Shown piece after piece: positions 51,061 through 64,000 of a stretch of 64,000 nt of DNA; within the stretch, counting starts at the first letter, position 1, and each line of letters opens with the position of its first letter. The notes beneath the pieces were generated by a model, which was not told the origin of the DNA, did no database searches, and saw only the letters and a program-made list of their open reading frames with translations. The stretch is from Octopus sinensis. Taxonomy: Eukaryota. The stretch lies in contig NC_042997.1 in assembly GCF_006345805.1 (NCBI RefSeq), positions 159,092,001-159,156,000 on the forward strand. Reading direction: 5' to 3'. Made by a program: the position numbers and the translations under genes.

Positions 51061-52087
51061 CTTTGATATATATATATATATCCTGTCACTTCTTCCGTAG
51101 TCTCATTACAGAGTTTGTTTCAAAAGCCGTATCTGATGACCGCACGTACAACTCCTTGCAAGAAGCTGTAAATAATGGCTAGCATAGTCAATATAGTGAA
51201 CTGGCAAAAATGTTTAATCAGTTAAAATTACACCTAAACTGAAGATTGAAAAATGTAACTGTTGATGACTATATAATCGTGATATCGACATCTAACCACT
51301 TGACAAATCACTGCGCAATACACTGCCCATATCAAGGAAATATTGTACCTCGACCTCCTTAGTCATGAGCATCACCCTAGGCAGCATAAAAACGAAAGCC
51401 GCTCTGTTGATTAAACAAGAGAGCTAACTCCGAAGTCCAAACTGATTTTAAATGATTCAAATAAAGAGAGGGCCGGATATTTCCAACACGCACGCACCAC
51501 TCTCCCTTCTCTCCCCCTATTCAATAAGATGGCTTTCTTTCCTATGCAATCTAGGATGTTGTCCATGACTAAAGAGGTGAAGGTACAATATTTCCATGAT
51601 ATGTGCAATGTACTGCGCAGTGATATTTGTCCTAGTGGTGTGGTGTTGATGTCACGATCATAAGGTCGTGGGTTCGATTCTCTGCTGTGGCAGTGCATTG
51701 TATCCTTGAGCAAGGCTCTTCATTTTATGTTGCTCCAGTCTACTCGGCTGAAAATGTGTACCATCTGAGTTCTGGCGTAACCTCTCTCTCTCCCTCCAAC
51801 TCTCATACGGCTAAATATGTGTTGCTTTATGGCTCTTCAGTCTGGACACTAACTTAAAAACTTAAAAACTAAGCTGAATAACTCCTTCATGCATAAGTTT
51901 TATGCGTTTTTGGAAGACGCCCTGTAAAGAATACTCTTAACAAATAAACTAATACAATAAACCATTTTTAAAATCACACACTTTTAGTAAAGCAAGAGTT
52001 CGGTTTACTGAACACTGACGGAGAAACAATGAGGTGCTGGTTAGTTTGGGCACCTACTCTGGACACATCACACTGGCTGCTGTACGA

Positions 52088-52680
52088 CAGTGGTTCTCAA
52101 CCATTTTTTTTTTTACCTAAAATTACTATTTAACTCCTACGGACCTCCGTAGCTATTCAATGTTTAAAAACTAGGTCTTACAGATACTTCTTTCAGAATT
52201 CCTATTCTGTTTTTCTCATGTTAATTAGTGTAGGTTGAACTTTGTAAAGCGTTTGAGAAATAAATTTTGCTCTTTCTTGCAATAACGATAAACGTCGCCC
52301 TTTTCAAGCCTAGCCAGGCTCATGGGCCCTGTTTCCCGGTTTCTGTGGCATATGTGTTCCCCCCAGCTGGACAGGACGCCAGTCCATCGCAGCGTTACTC
52401 AAGAAACAGGAAGAAAGAGTGAAAGAAAGTTGTGGCGAAAGAGTACAACAGGGATCGCCTCCACTCCCTGTCGGAGCCTCGTGGAGCTTTTAGGTGTTTT
52501 TGCTCAATAAACACACACAACGCCCGGTTTGGGAATCGAAACCGCGATCCTCTGACCGCGAGTTTGCTGCCCTAATCACTGGCCACAACACCTCCACTTT
52601 CTTGCAATGAATACATCTAAATGAAACCTTTTACATGAACCCTTAACAAACTACAGTGGGTCCCCAATTTACTATTTTGC
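52088..52680. mobile_element. Probable hAT (Charlie-type) non-autonomous remnant, interrupted by a SINE
   Basis: Left end CAGTGGTTCTCAACC; right end not found. Confidence 0.4.
52284..52596 (-). mobile_element. tRNA-derived SINE with V-domain-like core
   Basis: Minus-strand head GTGGCCAGTGATTAG..GGTTTCGATTCCC and core GCGATGGACTGGCGTCCTGTCCAG; 12-bp TSD CTTTCTTGCAAT (52272-52283, 52597-52608). Confidence 0.88.
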
Positions 52681-52682
52681 TC

Positions 52683-53435
52683 TTCTACCGTGTAATTGTT
52701 TCTCCTCTCAAATCATTTCACTTGGCAAACGAATACAAAACTGATACATATTGAAATACTTTCAACATCTTTATTCTATATTTTCGACAGAATATCACTA
52801 ACAAGCAACTATATCTGCATTTTTTAAATATATTTTTTTCATCTAAAAGGAAAGCACATTTCTTTTTTTTTTTTTTGTTTTTTGTTTTTTCTTGGCTACT
52901 TTTGGCACATAGCTTAGTTGTAAGAGGATTTTCAGCTCACGATCGCAAGGTCGCGTGATCAATTCCTGTGCTGGCAGGAACGTTGTGTTCCTGAGTAAGG
53001 TATCTCATGCATGCTACTCCGGTCGATTGATCCGTAACGACTACCAGCCAAGGTACTGGTTCAACCCTTACTTCTTCCATCGACCGGTGTTTATATCCCG
53101 TAGCTTAGCGGTTCGGCAAATCTATTTATATGTACCCGCAGGGGTCAAATGGAGCCCGGCTAAAAACCACTGCTCTACGGAAACATACGCGAATCAGCTG
53201 TCAAACGACACTGTATAGTACTGACAGCATCTACCCCATGCCATGGAGGAAAGAGATTAAACTAAAAGCGTTTATATACAGAAAATGGATTTGAGAACAT
53301 GCTAAGTTGTATATCATTAGGCATGATCGCTGTTTTGGAAAGGAAAACAGCACACTTTATTAAACATACTGTCTATTAGATGCTTGTGCGCGTGTGAGAG
53401 ACAGGGGGGGTTGCAGCACAGACAGACAGACAAAC

Positions 53436-53515
<80 letters not shown>

Positions 53516-55326
53516 GAGGGAGTTCATAATTAACTGTCCTCAGTGTAAGGAGACTCGTGATTCAAAGTCGTGATTGTTCTATTCCATGTGACATGTTCTT
53601 TGAAATAACAGTTTTAAAGAAAACTACCTCAAGAACAATACTAAGAATGTTTACGTAGATGTCTTAAAAGTAACGAAGGAGACTCTATTCGGACGCTGAA
53701 CTTGTTAGAAACTGCAGCCAAATCCTTTATATCACATCCTGTCATCTGAAAAGCAAAAACGAAGTATACATGGGCAAATTCAGTTCTAAATACAGTATGT
53801 CTAGAAGCAAAAATGACTGAATTGCCTCTCAATGTCTTCAATTAAAGTTTTGTTGAGTTCGATACTGTCTTTCATCGATCTAGAAAGACTAAACAATAAC
53901 TCTGAGCACCTCTTCAAACTCCACCCATCTAACACCCGTGGACATATTTACAAAGTAAGAAAACAGCACAGCTCCCATGACTTCAGGGAACATTTTTTTC
54001 ACGCTGAGAGTTGCTGAAGCATGGAACAAACTGCCGGCATCGGTTGTTAGTTGTCGGAGCACTGCATCCTTCAAAACTTCCATGCTTCCTGAGATTCGCC
54101 AACACTACACTTGATTTTCTCCCCTCCATACACACACAAGCATGTATCTGACTCATACACTGTTCACTTTCCAGACATTTCTGCATTACTGCATGTACTT
54201 TATATGCACTTTCTGACAAGTTGTGGTGCACCTGATCACTGTATACAATAATTTCATTATTATTTATATTTTAAAGCAATTTATCAATTAATGTAATGGA
54301 GTCTATAGAAATAAATCAAATTCTAGTTTGAAATATACCGACCATCACATTTGTCCTAAATAGCATTATTAATTCTCGACTTATTTCTCTGTTTAATGAA
54401 ATAATTAGAGAACGTTTCGCTCCAGTAAAGTAATTATTGTCAATTATCGATAATGGATACATGTAAAGGACAGCAAAATCGCCTTTAAGTGTTGATGTAA
54501 GGGAAGTAATTCTTGTAAATACATTGCTTACAAGGGAAGTAAGTCATACATCTTTATCATCAAATATCGATGTATTTCACTTGATGCTACGTTTTTACAG
54601 ACACAAAAGCTGTTTACTCCTTCTGTAAATAGATTTTGCGATTTTTTTTAAACAGAAAATTGCTTGCTACATTTTTCGATACAGTTTTTTTATAACCATT
54701 TCTTTCATTGACTAAAATAAATTGAAATAACAATTACATCGTGAAGAATCACGACAATCATTTTAAACATACGCTACCTTTATATTCGCTTTTTTGCTCT
54801 TTTTTTTTTTATCATATTCTATTTTGTGTCATTTATTTGCTTTTTTGTTTTTGCTTTTTGTCTTTTGCCGCTTTGTAGTATACAATAGATAGGAAAACAA
54901 AATAAGTAGAAAGTAAATGTGTGTTTTAAAAAAATTTCAGATTCTTCTACTGTGCAATTGTTTCTCATTCAAACGCTCTCAAATCATTTCACTTGGCAAA
55001 CAAATATAAAACTCATACATATTGAAATACTTCCAACATCTTTATTCTATATTTTCGACAGAATATCACTAACAAGCAACTACGTAGGCATTTTTTAAGT
55101 ATATTTTTCACCTAAAATGTTTGCACTTCTCTTTTTTGGGGCTACTTTTGGCACGTAGCTTAGTTCTTAGAAGGTGTACGGCTCGCGATCGCAAGTTCGC
55201 ATGATCAATTCCTGGGCTGGGATGTACGTTGTGGTCTTGAGCAAGGTATTTCTTTGCATGCTGCTCCGGTCTACTGATCCGTAATGAGTACCAGCCAAGG
55301 TGTTGGTTCACTCTTTCTTCTCCCAT
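52683..55326. repeat. Diverged local duplication 52683-53080 and 54945-55326
   Basis: Shared CTCTCAAATCATTTCACTTGGCAAAC...CATCTTTATTCTATATTTTCGACAGAATATCACTAACAAGCAACTA plus the same SINE head. Confidence 0.88.
53886..54264 (+). mobile_element. CR1 LINE 3' end
   Basis: SNTRGHIYKVRK...HFF/TLRVAEAWNKLPASVVSC..TASFK; 3' UTR with (ATT)n tail. Confidence 0.88.
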
Positions 55327-55617
55327 TTGTCATATCCTTGAATAGCTAATATGTGTATTTTGTGATGCAGTTGTTTTAGTTTCACCACATGATCTCAGAT
55401 CAAATCACTTGCCAGTTAAGTTCATCTAAGAAGTATTTAAACAAGGTGAAATATTAAGTAATCTTTGGAAAGTGCGAGACCCGGGAGGTGAAATATGACG
55501 CCATTGGAGTTAAAATGTATCAATTTGAGGTCCTTAAGGTTGTTTGATGGCGGAGCTTTTCTTAGTGAAATAAGAGACGCATGAAAAGTAAAACATTTCA
55601 ACAATTCAGTTCTATAT

Positions 55618-55758
55618 TTAAGAGATGAGGAATTATGTACATTATTTACATTTGACGGATATTTGTCCTCATCTTGTTTGTTGTTAACGCAACCTTTCGG
55701 GAAATTTCGAACCTGGGTTCTCATCCTAAGGTATTTTTCGATGTTGTTATTGTTGTTG

Positions 55759-55820
<62 letters not shown>

Positions 55821-55987
55821 CTCACTGCCCGGACTCGAACTCAGGATCTTGGGGTTAGTAGCCCGCGCTCTTAACCACTAAGCCATATGCACCTGATGAA
55901 AGCTGGAGGGTGTATCAGTCGAAACATTGTGTAAACAACAATCAAGATGAGGACAAATATCCGTCAAATGTAAATAATGTAAATTCA
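55618..55987 (-). mobile_element. tRNA-headed SINE with PLE-type hammerhead tail and an inverted tail copy
   Basis: tRNA-like head 55823-55890 (-), (AAT)n linker, tail 55618-55740. 55920-55987 is an inverted copy of 55631-55699 and is preceded by a hammerhead core. Confidence 0.8.
55889..55932 (+). ncRNA. Minimal type I hammerhead (stem III CG->CA decay)
   Basis: gcac CTGATGA aa gctgg..tcagtc GAAA CA TT gtgt. Confidence 0.68.
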
Positions 55988-56150
55988 ACAATTGTTTTGG
56001 CAATCTATACAATAGTCTCGAGCAAAATGTCTGGTGATATTTAGTAACATCCTTTTATGTTCTCAGTTCACATCTCACCAGAGTCAGCATCACCTTTTAT
56101 TATTCCGTGATAGATACAATAAATGACCAGTCAAGTACTGGGGGTGGGAT

Positions 56151-57383
<1,233 letters not shown>

Positions 57384-57663
57384 GGTAGGATCAATATTAT
57401 CGACTATTCTGAGGCGGCAAGCTGGCAGAATCGTTAGCAGGCCAGACAAAATGCTTAACATTTCGTCTAACTTTACGTTCTGATTTCAAATTCCGCCATA
57501 GCTGACTATGTCTTTCATCCTTTTAGTGTCCTTAAAATAAGTAACCATTTCAGTACTGAGGTTGATATAATCGACTATTCCCCTCCCGCGAAATTTTAGG
57601 CCTTGTGCTTATAGTAGAAAGCATCTAGGACTGACAAAATTAAGACCAGTCATATAATGTTTT

Positions 57664-57958
57664 GGTGCCACTTTGGCGTGTGATCTACAAGGGAAATTAC
57701 TGTAGGACATACTTAGCATTGTAAGTGTATTTGTACAAAATTCTTACTGTTTTGATAAGACCATCTTTCATTTGTCTTCATAAATAGTAATAAGAAACCA
57801 AGAATAAACAATATAATTAAAATAAGCACGCAGATTACCCATCAAAGTAACTTTGTCCACGTAGATCACACGGCAGAGTAGCACTAACACAACGTAAACT
57901 AAAAAGTAACCAAAAGTAATCTCCCTTTAAATTGTAGATCACACGCCAAAAGAGCACC
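57664..57958. mobile_element. MITE-like inverted-repeat element
   Basis: GGTGCCACTTTGGCGTGTGATCTACAA..GGGAAATTACT / AGTAATCTCCC..TTGTAGATCACACGCCAAAAGAGCACC. Confidence 0.65.
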
Positions 57959-58796
57959 CTATGTTTTATACCACAAAAACTATTTATATTCTGTCGCTGA
58001 AGACAGCCACTGTATTTGTCACATTCCTGAAAATGCTTTATCTTAGAGTCTACTAAATCATTTGTATCTCTCTTTAATAAAAAGATAGTAATAATAATCA
58101 AATGGTTTTGGTGTTTCATGAAAACAAAATTGTAAAATTAACCAAGCCATTGCGTAACTCCTTACTATTATAATAGTTATCTCCCTTGATAAAGCTTGCT
58201 CTTTATTCGTCAAATTGAAGGTTGTGAATTTATATAAACATATGTAGAAGAAAAAGTAAAATTCTTTAAATTGCTAAAGGAAGTTTTCAACATTTCGAAA
58301 AGTTTTCACCGGAAGAGAGAAATTGGTGTGTTTGGTCTTCTGTTTATAAAGACGCACCAAAATTACTAGAATTTCGTTGAAAACGGCCAAAAAAAAAAAA
58401 AAAATCTGTAGTTTAACCCAGCTGTTCTCAAACTAACAAATAAAAGGTTACCCAAGAAAATATAAAGAAAATTTTTTGGTATCTCCTTCTACTTATTGAT
58501 GAAAAGATGAATTGAAATGGCATAATGTTGCATCCACATAATTCCTCTTTCTATGTTACACGTGTTGAACAAGTTTAAAATGTTGGAAACCGTATTAATT
58601 TTATTAAATGTGCAATTTTTCCAACAGTGTTTCTGTTCCTCACATCCCTCCCAACTCTGGCAGACACTGGTCTAACTGATGGATCTAATTTCACAGTGAT
58701 GAAACATGCATGGATATGACTCTATGTAGTAGTTAGTAGTAGTAGGAGGAGGAGGAGGAGCAGGTGGAGCAGATGCAGCAGCAGTAGCAGCCAGCA

Positions 58797-58992
58797 GCCG
58801 TTCAAGAATTTGGACCTGGAGATCTCCATTTCCAGCAACTTCAAGGGCCACCTCCCAGTGGTGTCGGGCATCAACGAAGAGCCCTCGACTACAAGATGCC
58901 AAAGTTTTTTTTTTCCAAGGTCTGGGGTCTCCCGCCCCTAAGCCCTAGACCATCACTAAATTACCATTACCCGTCTTGTTGCTTAACAATAA
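58797..58992 (+). mobile_element. ~200-bp SINE-like element, copy 3
   Basis: Family match; GCAGCAGCAGTAGCA occurs on both sides. Confidence 0.88.
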
Positions 58993-59399
58993 CAGCAGCA
59001 GCAGTAGCAATGGTGTTAGTGACCTCACAGTACTAGAAAAGGTGGTGGTGGTGGTGGTGGTGGTGGACTACAAGGGAACACATTTTGTTTTTTGGAGTAG
59101 TGGTTGTAGTATTTTAACTGAATGGATTACAGACGAGCTTCCTCTAATAGAACATGTAATTCTAAAAATCTAACAATATTCTCCATTTCAAATTCAGTTG
59201 GCTGAATAAAAATATCAATGGTTCATATTCTTCCATAAATGCTGTGCCATTTTCATGCATTCATATCGTAGGACTGTTTCCATCAACACGTGTTATATGT
59301 TTAAAAATCTGAAATAAACATAAAATTTCCAAAAATATGTTGTATCTATCTATCTATCTCATCAACCATGATATTCAGGTTCATGCATCATTGTCAACA

Positions 59400-59795
59400 A
59401 TGACCAAGGACATGACATGAGAGTAGACGAGTGATGATGTGTCTGGCTGTGGCCAATCTGTCTGATATATGTTCAGAAGGCTCTGCTGCGGGTTGGGCAC
59501 CAGTGGGGTGCTAGATCAGAAGGCAAGGAATTCGCACTGGACTTGCAGAGTTCATGTTTTCTTTGTGACCCTGCAATCTTGTTCTGTTTGTAAGAGGTGG
59601 CACCTCTGTTGGTGCAGCTTCATCAGGTGGGGCAATCTTTTGTTTGCATTTCTTGGGTGTCATGGTTAATCTCAAAGCTTTCCAGTGATGTTCTGGGTGT
59701 ATCCTTCAAGTGCTTGTTCTGTCCATCTTGTGTGCATTTGCCTTCCACCACTTTGCTGTAAAACAGCCACTTGGAGAGTTATATGCCAGATACTT
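59400..59795 (-). mobile_element. Decayed RTE LINE 3' end
   Basis: LSKWLFYSKVVEGKCTQDGQNKHLKDT..TSLESFEIN corresponds to the RTE consensus LPK.LFYGEL..GKR..GG.KR.KDTLK. Confidence 0.72.
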
Positions 59796-59853
59796 GAACA
59801 ACAAAGCAAGAATATAAAATGATATCAGTAGATCTATAAAAAAGATATTTTGT

Positions 59854-60360
59854 CAGGAGTGGCTGTGTGGTAAGTAGCTTGCTTATGAATCACATGGTTC
59901 TGGGTTCATTCCCACTGTGTGGCACCTTGGGCAAGTGTCTTCTACTATAGCCTCGGGCCGACCAAAGCCTTGTGAGTGGATTTGGTAGATGGAAACTGAA
60001 AGAAGCCCATCGTATATATATATATACCGGAGTATATATATACTGTCTGACGAACAGAAATGTGAAACTCCAAGTAACAGGTTTTGTTGAATTTCTGCTG
60101 CTTCTAAATAAAGTGTATATATATGTATGTATGTATGTGTGTGTATGTGTTTTTGCTTCTGTGTTTGTTCCCCCAACATCACTTGACAACCAATGCTGGT
60201 GTGTTTACATCCCCGTAACTTAGCGGTTCGGCTTAAGAGACCAATAGAATAAGTACTAGGCTCACAAAGATTAAGTCCTGGGGTCGATTTTCCCAACTAA
60301 AAGGCAGTGCTCCAGCATGGCTAAAGTCAAATGACTGATACAAGTAAAAGAATAAAAGAA
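59854..60360 (+). mobile_element. SINE family A, full length with a small internal insert
   Basis: CAGGAGTGGCTGTGTGGTAAGTAGC head through to the AAAAGAAT tail. Confidence 0.9.
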
Positions 60361-61200
60361 AAGAAAAGTGTCTCTGTTTTAAAAAAAATTACTATAACAA
60401 CACTTCTATACAAAAGGAGAAAAATGTCTTTTAGAGATGTTATTACCCATATCATGATGGAATGTTTTTCAAGTAGGCTTTGACTTCTCAGATTCCACAT
60501 GGGACCACTTTATGCTGATAGTTCTTCTTGGAATTTTAATGAAATTCGCAACATACAAATATCAATAATAGCAATATAAACATCACATTTCATATAAGAA
60601 ACAGCTATCATGATCAACATCATCATTACTATCATATTCATCATCATCACTTCTACCACCACCATTCACATTGTCATCATTTTTATTATCATCATTATTC
60701 TCACTCCTATTCAACTTTTCTTAGAGTACCTCTTTAGATATCCTATAATACCCATTGCTTTCATTTTCTATAGTGTTCACAAGAAAATATTAATGATTCT
60801 TTCAACATTTCAGAAGCAATCATTTAATCAAATTTGATTACAGAATTAAAAAAACACTTATCCAAGATTTGAATATAAATCCATGATGTACAGAATGTAA
60901 TCTCATAAAGATCAGAATTCATAAATTCATATTGACATTTTCAGAACCTTATTTTTATTGAAATACTTCCTATGTATTTTAATTAATTTTGACAAAAAAA
61001 GGTGAGTGGGGTATGGAGTTGGAAGTATTTAGTAAAATCGTTTTCCTTTCTTTTATCAAGCTGCTCTTTGGAATGTAATCTAACAAAGGATTTTAACATA
61101 TATTAGGATAGATTTTAATTTAAATTGAACATTTTATAATAGGCTTTATAATTGAACACTTTATAATGGCTGTGTGGTTAAGAAGCTCACTTTGTAACTA

Positions 61201-61597
61201 TACTCTTTTACTTGTTTCAGTCATTTGACTGCGGCCATGCTGAAGCACCGCCTTTAATCGAGCAACTCGACCCCGGGACTTATTTTTTTGTAAGCCCAGT
61301 ACTTATTTTATCGGACTCTTTTGCCGAACTGCTAAGTAACGGGGACATAAACACACCAGCATCGGTTGTCAAGCAATGCTAGGGGGACAAACACAGACAC
61401 ACAAACACACACGCGCATATATATACATATATACAATAGGCTTCTTTCAGTTTCCGTCTACCAAATCCACTCACAAGGCTTTGGTCGGCCCAAGGCTATA
61501 GTAGAAGACACTTGCCCAAGGTGCCACGCAGTGGGACTGAACCCGGAACCATGTGGTTGGTAAGCAAACTACTTACCACACAGCCACTCCTGCGCCT
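61201..61597 (-). mobile_element. SINE family A, full length
   Basis: Family match. Confidence 0.92.
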
Positions 61598-62144
61598 ATA
61601 TGTGATTTTGTGATTTTGGGTTCAGCACCTCGGGCAAGAATATTCTACTATAGTGCCAAGCCCTGTGAGTGTATTTGATAGACAAAACTATAAGACAGCA
61701 CATCATATACATAAGTGTACAAGTGTGTGTGTATGTGTTTATTTTGTGTTCCCTCTCCCACGGTTTGACAACCAGTGTTGGTTTGTTTACATCCCCATAC
61801 TTAAGAGGTTCAATGCAGTTCAATGACTGAATGAACCATTAACACTTTCAGGGTCCACTTAACCAATTCAGATTTAAAGCCAATGGATTCTATGTGTGTT
61901 AATTAATTTTGAAAAATCAAAACTCTAGAGAGATTTAGTATAATAACTAATTTTTTACCTTAATCAACTAGAGTTTGAAACAACAGAAATTTTTTTATAT
62001 AAAAATTATAATCGGAGACTTTTTTTTATTTAAATATGAATATTTTAAAACAGTGTGTTTGATGTTTTGTATCAGTAGTCATGGGTAAAGTGTTGCCCAC
62101 AGGACTAATTGAGGGAAACACATTTCACAAGGAAAATAACATTC

Positions 62145-62522
62145 TTTTTTCTTTTACTTGTTTCAGTCATTTGACTGAGGCCATGCTGGAGCAATGCCTT
62201 TAGTCAAGCAATTCAACCCCAGGACTTTTTCTTTGTAAGCCTAGTACTTATTCTATCAGTCTCTTTCACTGAACTGATAGATTACAGGGACGTAAACACA
62301 CCAGCATTGGTTGTCAGGCGATGTTGCGGGGACAAACACACACACACAAACATATATATATATATATTTACGACGGATTCAGTTTCTGTCCACCAAATCC
62401 ACTTGCAAGTCGGCCCGAGGCTATAGTAAAAGACATTTGCCCAAGGTGCCATGCAGTGGGACTGAATCCAGGACCATGTGGTTGGTAAGCAAGCTACATA
62501 CCACACAGCCACTCCGGCACCT
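62145..62522 (-). mobile_element. SINE family A, full length
   Basis: Family match. Confidence 0.9.
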
Positions 62523-63628
62523 ATGAGCATATGCATGATTTATTTAATAATGCAGACCATCTAATGATGAACCATGTCTCATGAGGCCTACTTCTTGTAA
62601 AAGACTGCCTACGCTTGTCTTAGAATCAGGAGTAGTCTGAGGTAAATTAATAATCAAAAGGTTTTGAAAGATTACAAAGAAAGAAAATATACAAACGTCA
62701 ACAACAATAATGAATTTGAATTTAAGGGAGAAAAAAAAGTCAACAACAACAAAATGCTTTATCTAATTTTTTACCAATTTATTTGGAATGTGGGTGATAA
62801 TAAAGGACACTGAATCCAAACAGAATGTCTATATTTTAGTGAGCATTGGATATTTACTGTCAAGTGAACATTTGGTGATGTAAGAATTCAATTGACAGTT
62901 TGACAAGTTTAGATTTATGAAGAGAGAGAGAGAGAGAGAGAGAGAGCAGATATAGTCTACATGCAAGAAATGAAGGGACATAGTCCAGGAGCCTTATCAA
63001 GGTTACTGGATTATTGAAACAAGAAAAAAAGAAAAGAGTAAAAGAAAATACCAGAAAAGTTTTCTCTAGATTTTCTCACATGAAGTTTTATTATCTTTCT
63101 TTCTCAATATATTAAACGAATTCTTTATAATAATCTAACGACTTCTGTCGTTTTGTTTTTTGGTTTTTTTTTAGAGTTATTTTGAATTTTTGATATTTTC
63201 ACTGCTTTATATTTTTAAATATTTTATTTTGATTTCATTTCAATTCATTTTGAATAAATACAATTCAGGAACATATAAATAACATATATGCTGAAATCTA
63301 GCTTATATTAAACATTTTGGGTGGGTATTTTTTTTGTTTGTTTCTTTTTCACAAAAGGTACAATAAATAAATAGGAAATAAATAAAAACAAATTTGTGTG
63401 TGAATCTGTGTGTTTATGTTTGTGTACGTGTGTACGTGTGTGTACTTCTCTATGCATCATCATCATAATCATCATCATCATCATGCATACAGAGAAATGA
63501 ACACATACACATGTGTATGTATATACATATATATATATATATATGGTAAATGAAATATACATATATATATATATATATATATGGTAAATGAAAGATGGAA
63601 GATGAAATATACAAAAATTTTTATTAAT

Positions 63629-63730
63629 CACGACAATTGTTTCGACACATCTAGCATTGATCCCTCACAGGTGGGATACTTAACTACTGGTTCAGGAGCA
63701 TGCGGAGGTGCAGATGTGTCTCATCAGGTG
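63629..63730 (-). ncRNA. Type I hammerhead ribozyme, intact core, long stem II
   Basis: Minus strand: cac CTGATGA GACACATCT...AGATGTGTC GAAA CAATTG TC| gtg. Stem II is 9 bp and stem III is palindromic. Confidence 0.88.
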
Positions 63731-64000
63731 CTAAATAGATACAACTCATTAAAATAACAGTTCTGAAATGTATCTTCTCATTTCATAGAAAGAAAAGCAG
63801 CAAAACAAAGGAAATATCTCGTTTTTGGATTTGGTTTGCAAGATTCTTTATATGAGTTCGTGTGTTGAAGCATATTCTGTTGTGTCTGGGGAGAGTCATT
63901 TTCTTTTTGTGCCTTATAATGTAACACCCTCACTGGTAAAATTTCCACTTATTTCTTATTTTCATTTTCCTAAAATTTTCATTGCGTCTTGCAACCTTTT

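Noticed and set aside
51129-51175. CTGATGA...GAAGCTGTA possible hammerhead
   Set aside because: The GAAA box and the stems are too degraded to support.
55823-55890. tRNA gene (also 52520-52596 and 49795-49865)
   Set aside because: No proper acceptor stem or terminator; these are SINE heads.
59615-59630. TCATCAG (CTGATGA on the minus strand)
   Set aside because: It lies in decayed RTE coding sequence with no partner GAAA or stems; a chance match.

Overview
AT-rich eukaryotic DNA made almost entirely of repeats; no host protein-coding gene could be supported. The microsatellite load and the recalled tRNA-derived SINE families point to a cephalopod (Octopus-like) intronic or intergenic region; this is inference, no database was searched. 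Contents: decayed non-LTR retrotransposons (R4/Dong, a second RLE family, HERO-like, RTE, CR1-group), Penelope-like (PLE) GIY-YIG remnants, Tc1/mariner, hAT, piggyBac and Helitron remnants, MITEs and several SINE families. The main signal is a dense set of short non-coding elements lodged in (TA)n arrays that carry minimal type I hammerhead ribozymes (HHR). Five have an intact core (30276-, 32078+, 34660-, 34909+, 63629-) and at least six are degenerate. Their architectures differ: a 1.5-mer head-to-tail retrozyme-like unit, foldback units, and a tRNA-headed, hammerhead-tailed SINE. Four of the HHRs share a U-U pair at positions 10.1/11.1. A separate ~200-bp SINE with a fixed 5' end contains an HDV-ribozyme-like pseudoknot candidate. 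All alignments and folds were done by eye; element boundaries are approximate unless a TIR or TSD is quoted.
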